From assembly GCA_043228905.1 (NCBI GenBank), contig JBHGNT010000003.1:23374001-23438000 (forward strand): a stretch of 64,000 nucleotides of DNA, written 5' to 3'. Positions 63,898 to 64,000 of the stretch are shown here, in pieces (position 1 is the stretch's first letter; each line of letters begins with the position of its first letter). A model generated the notes under the pieces. It ran no database searches. It was given only the letters and a program-made list of their open reading frames with translations, and had not been told where the DNA came from. Both the position numbers and the translations under genes were made by a program. Source of the stretch: Azolla caroliniana. Lineage: Eukaryota; Plantae; Polypodiophyta.

Positions 63898-64000
63898 CTG
63901 TATGAAAATGAATGAAGAATTAGTAATAACAATGAGTTTGACATCAAACATTGTTTTGACAAATTTGGATGTTTTTCGAAATACGATAAGATTTTACTTT

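Overview
AT-rich eukaryotic nuclear DNA from a land plant. The TE families suggest a non-seed plant (fern, lycophyte or moss), which is an inference. Host genes are a complete 3-exon group IId WRKY factor (minus, 37606-40223), the last five exons of a TRFL/TRP telomere-repeat-binding protein (minus, 61647-63897) and a probable small coiled-coil gene near 32-33 kb. The rest is mostly TEs: several L1-clade LINEs (one TSD-bounded, one 5'-inverted), a small non-autonomous LTR element, a hAT MITE, nested Gypsy and Copia fragments, and young tandem duplications. The main discovery is at 22.1-26.9 kb. A Sola-like DDD transposase gene (890 aa, one nonsense mutation, C-terminal BAH/SH3-like domain) sits head-to-head with a hidden, spliced gene. 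After removing a 90-nt intron and a 102-bp fold-back insertion, that gene reads LIELFSNPDDWVLDLFSGTGTTTACALKMFRNCVALEKD, the SAM-binding end of a bacterial-type beta-class N4C/N6A DNA methyltransferase. This points to a DNA transposon carrying its own amino-methyltransferase, pseudogenised in this copy.
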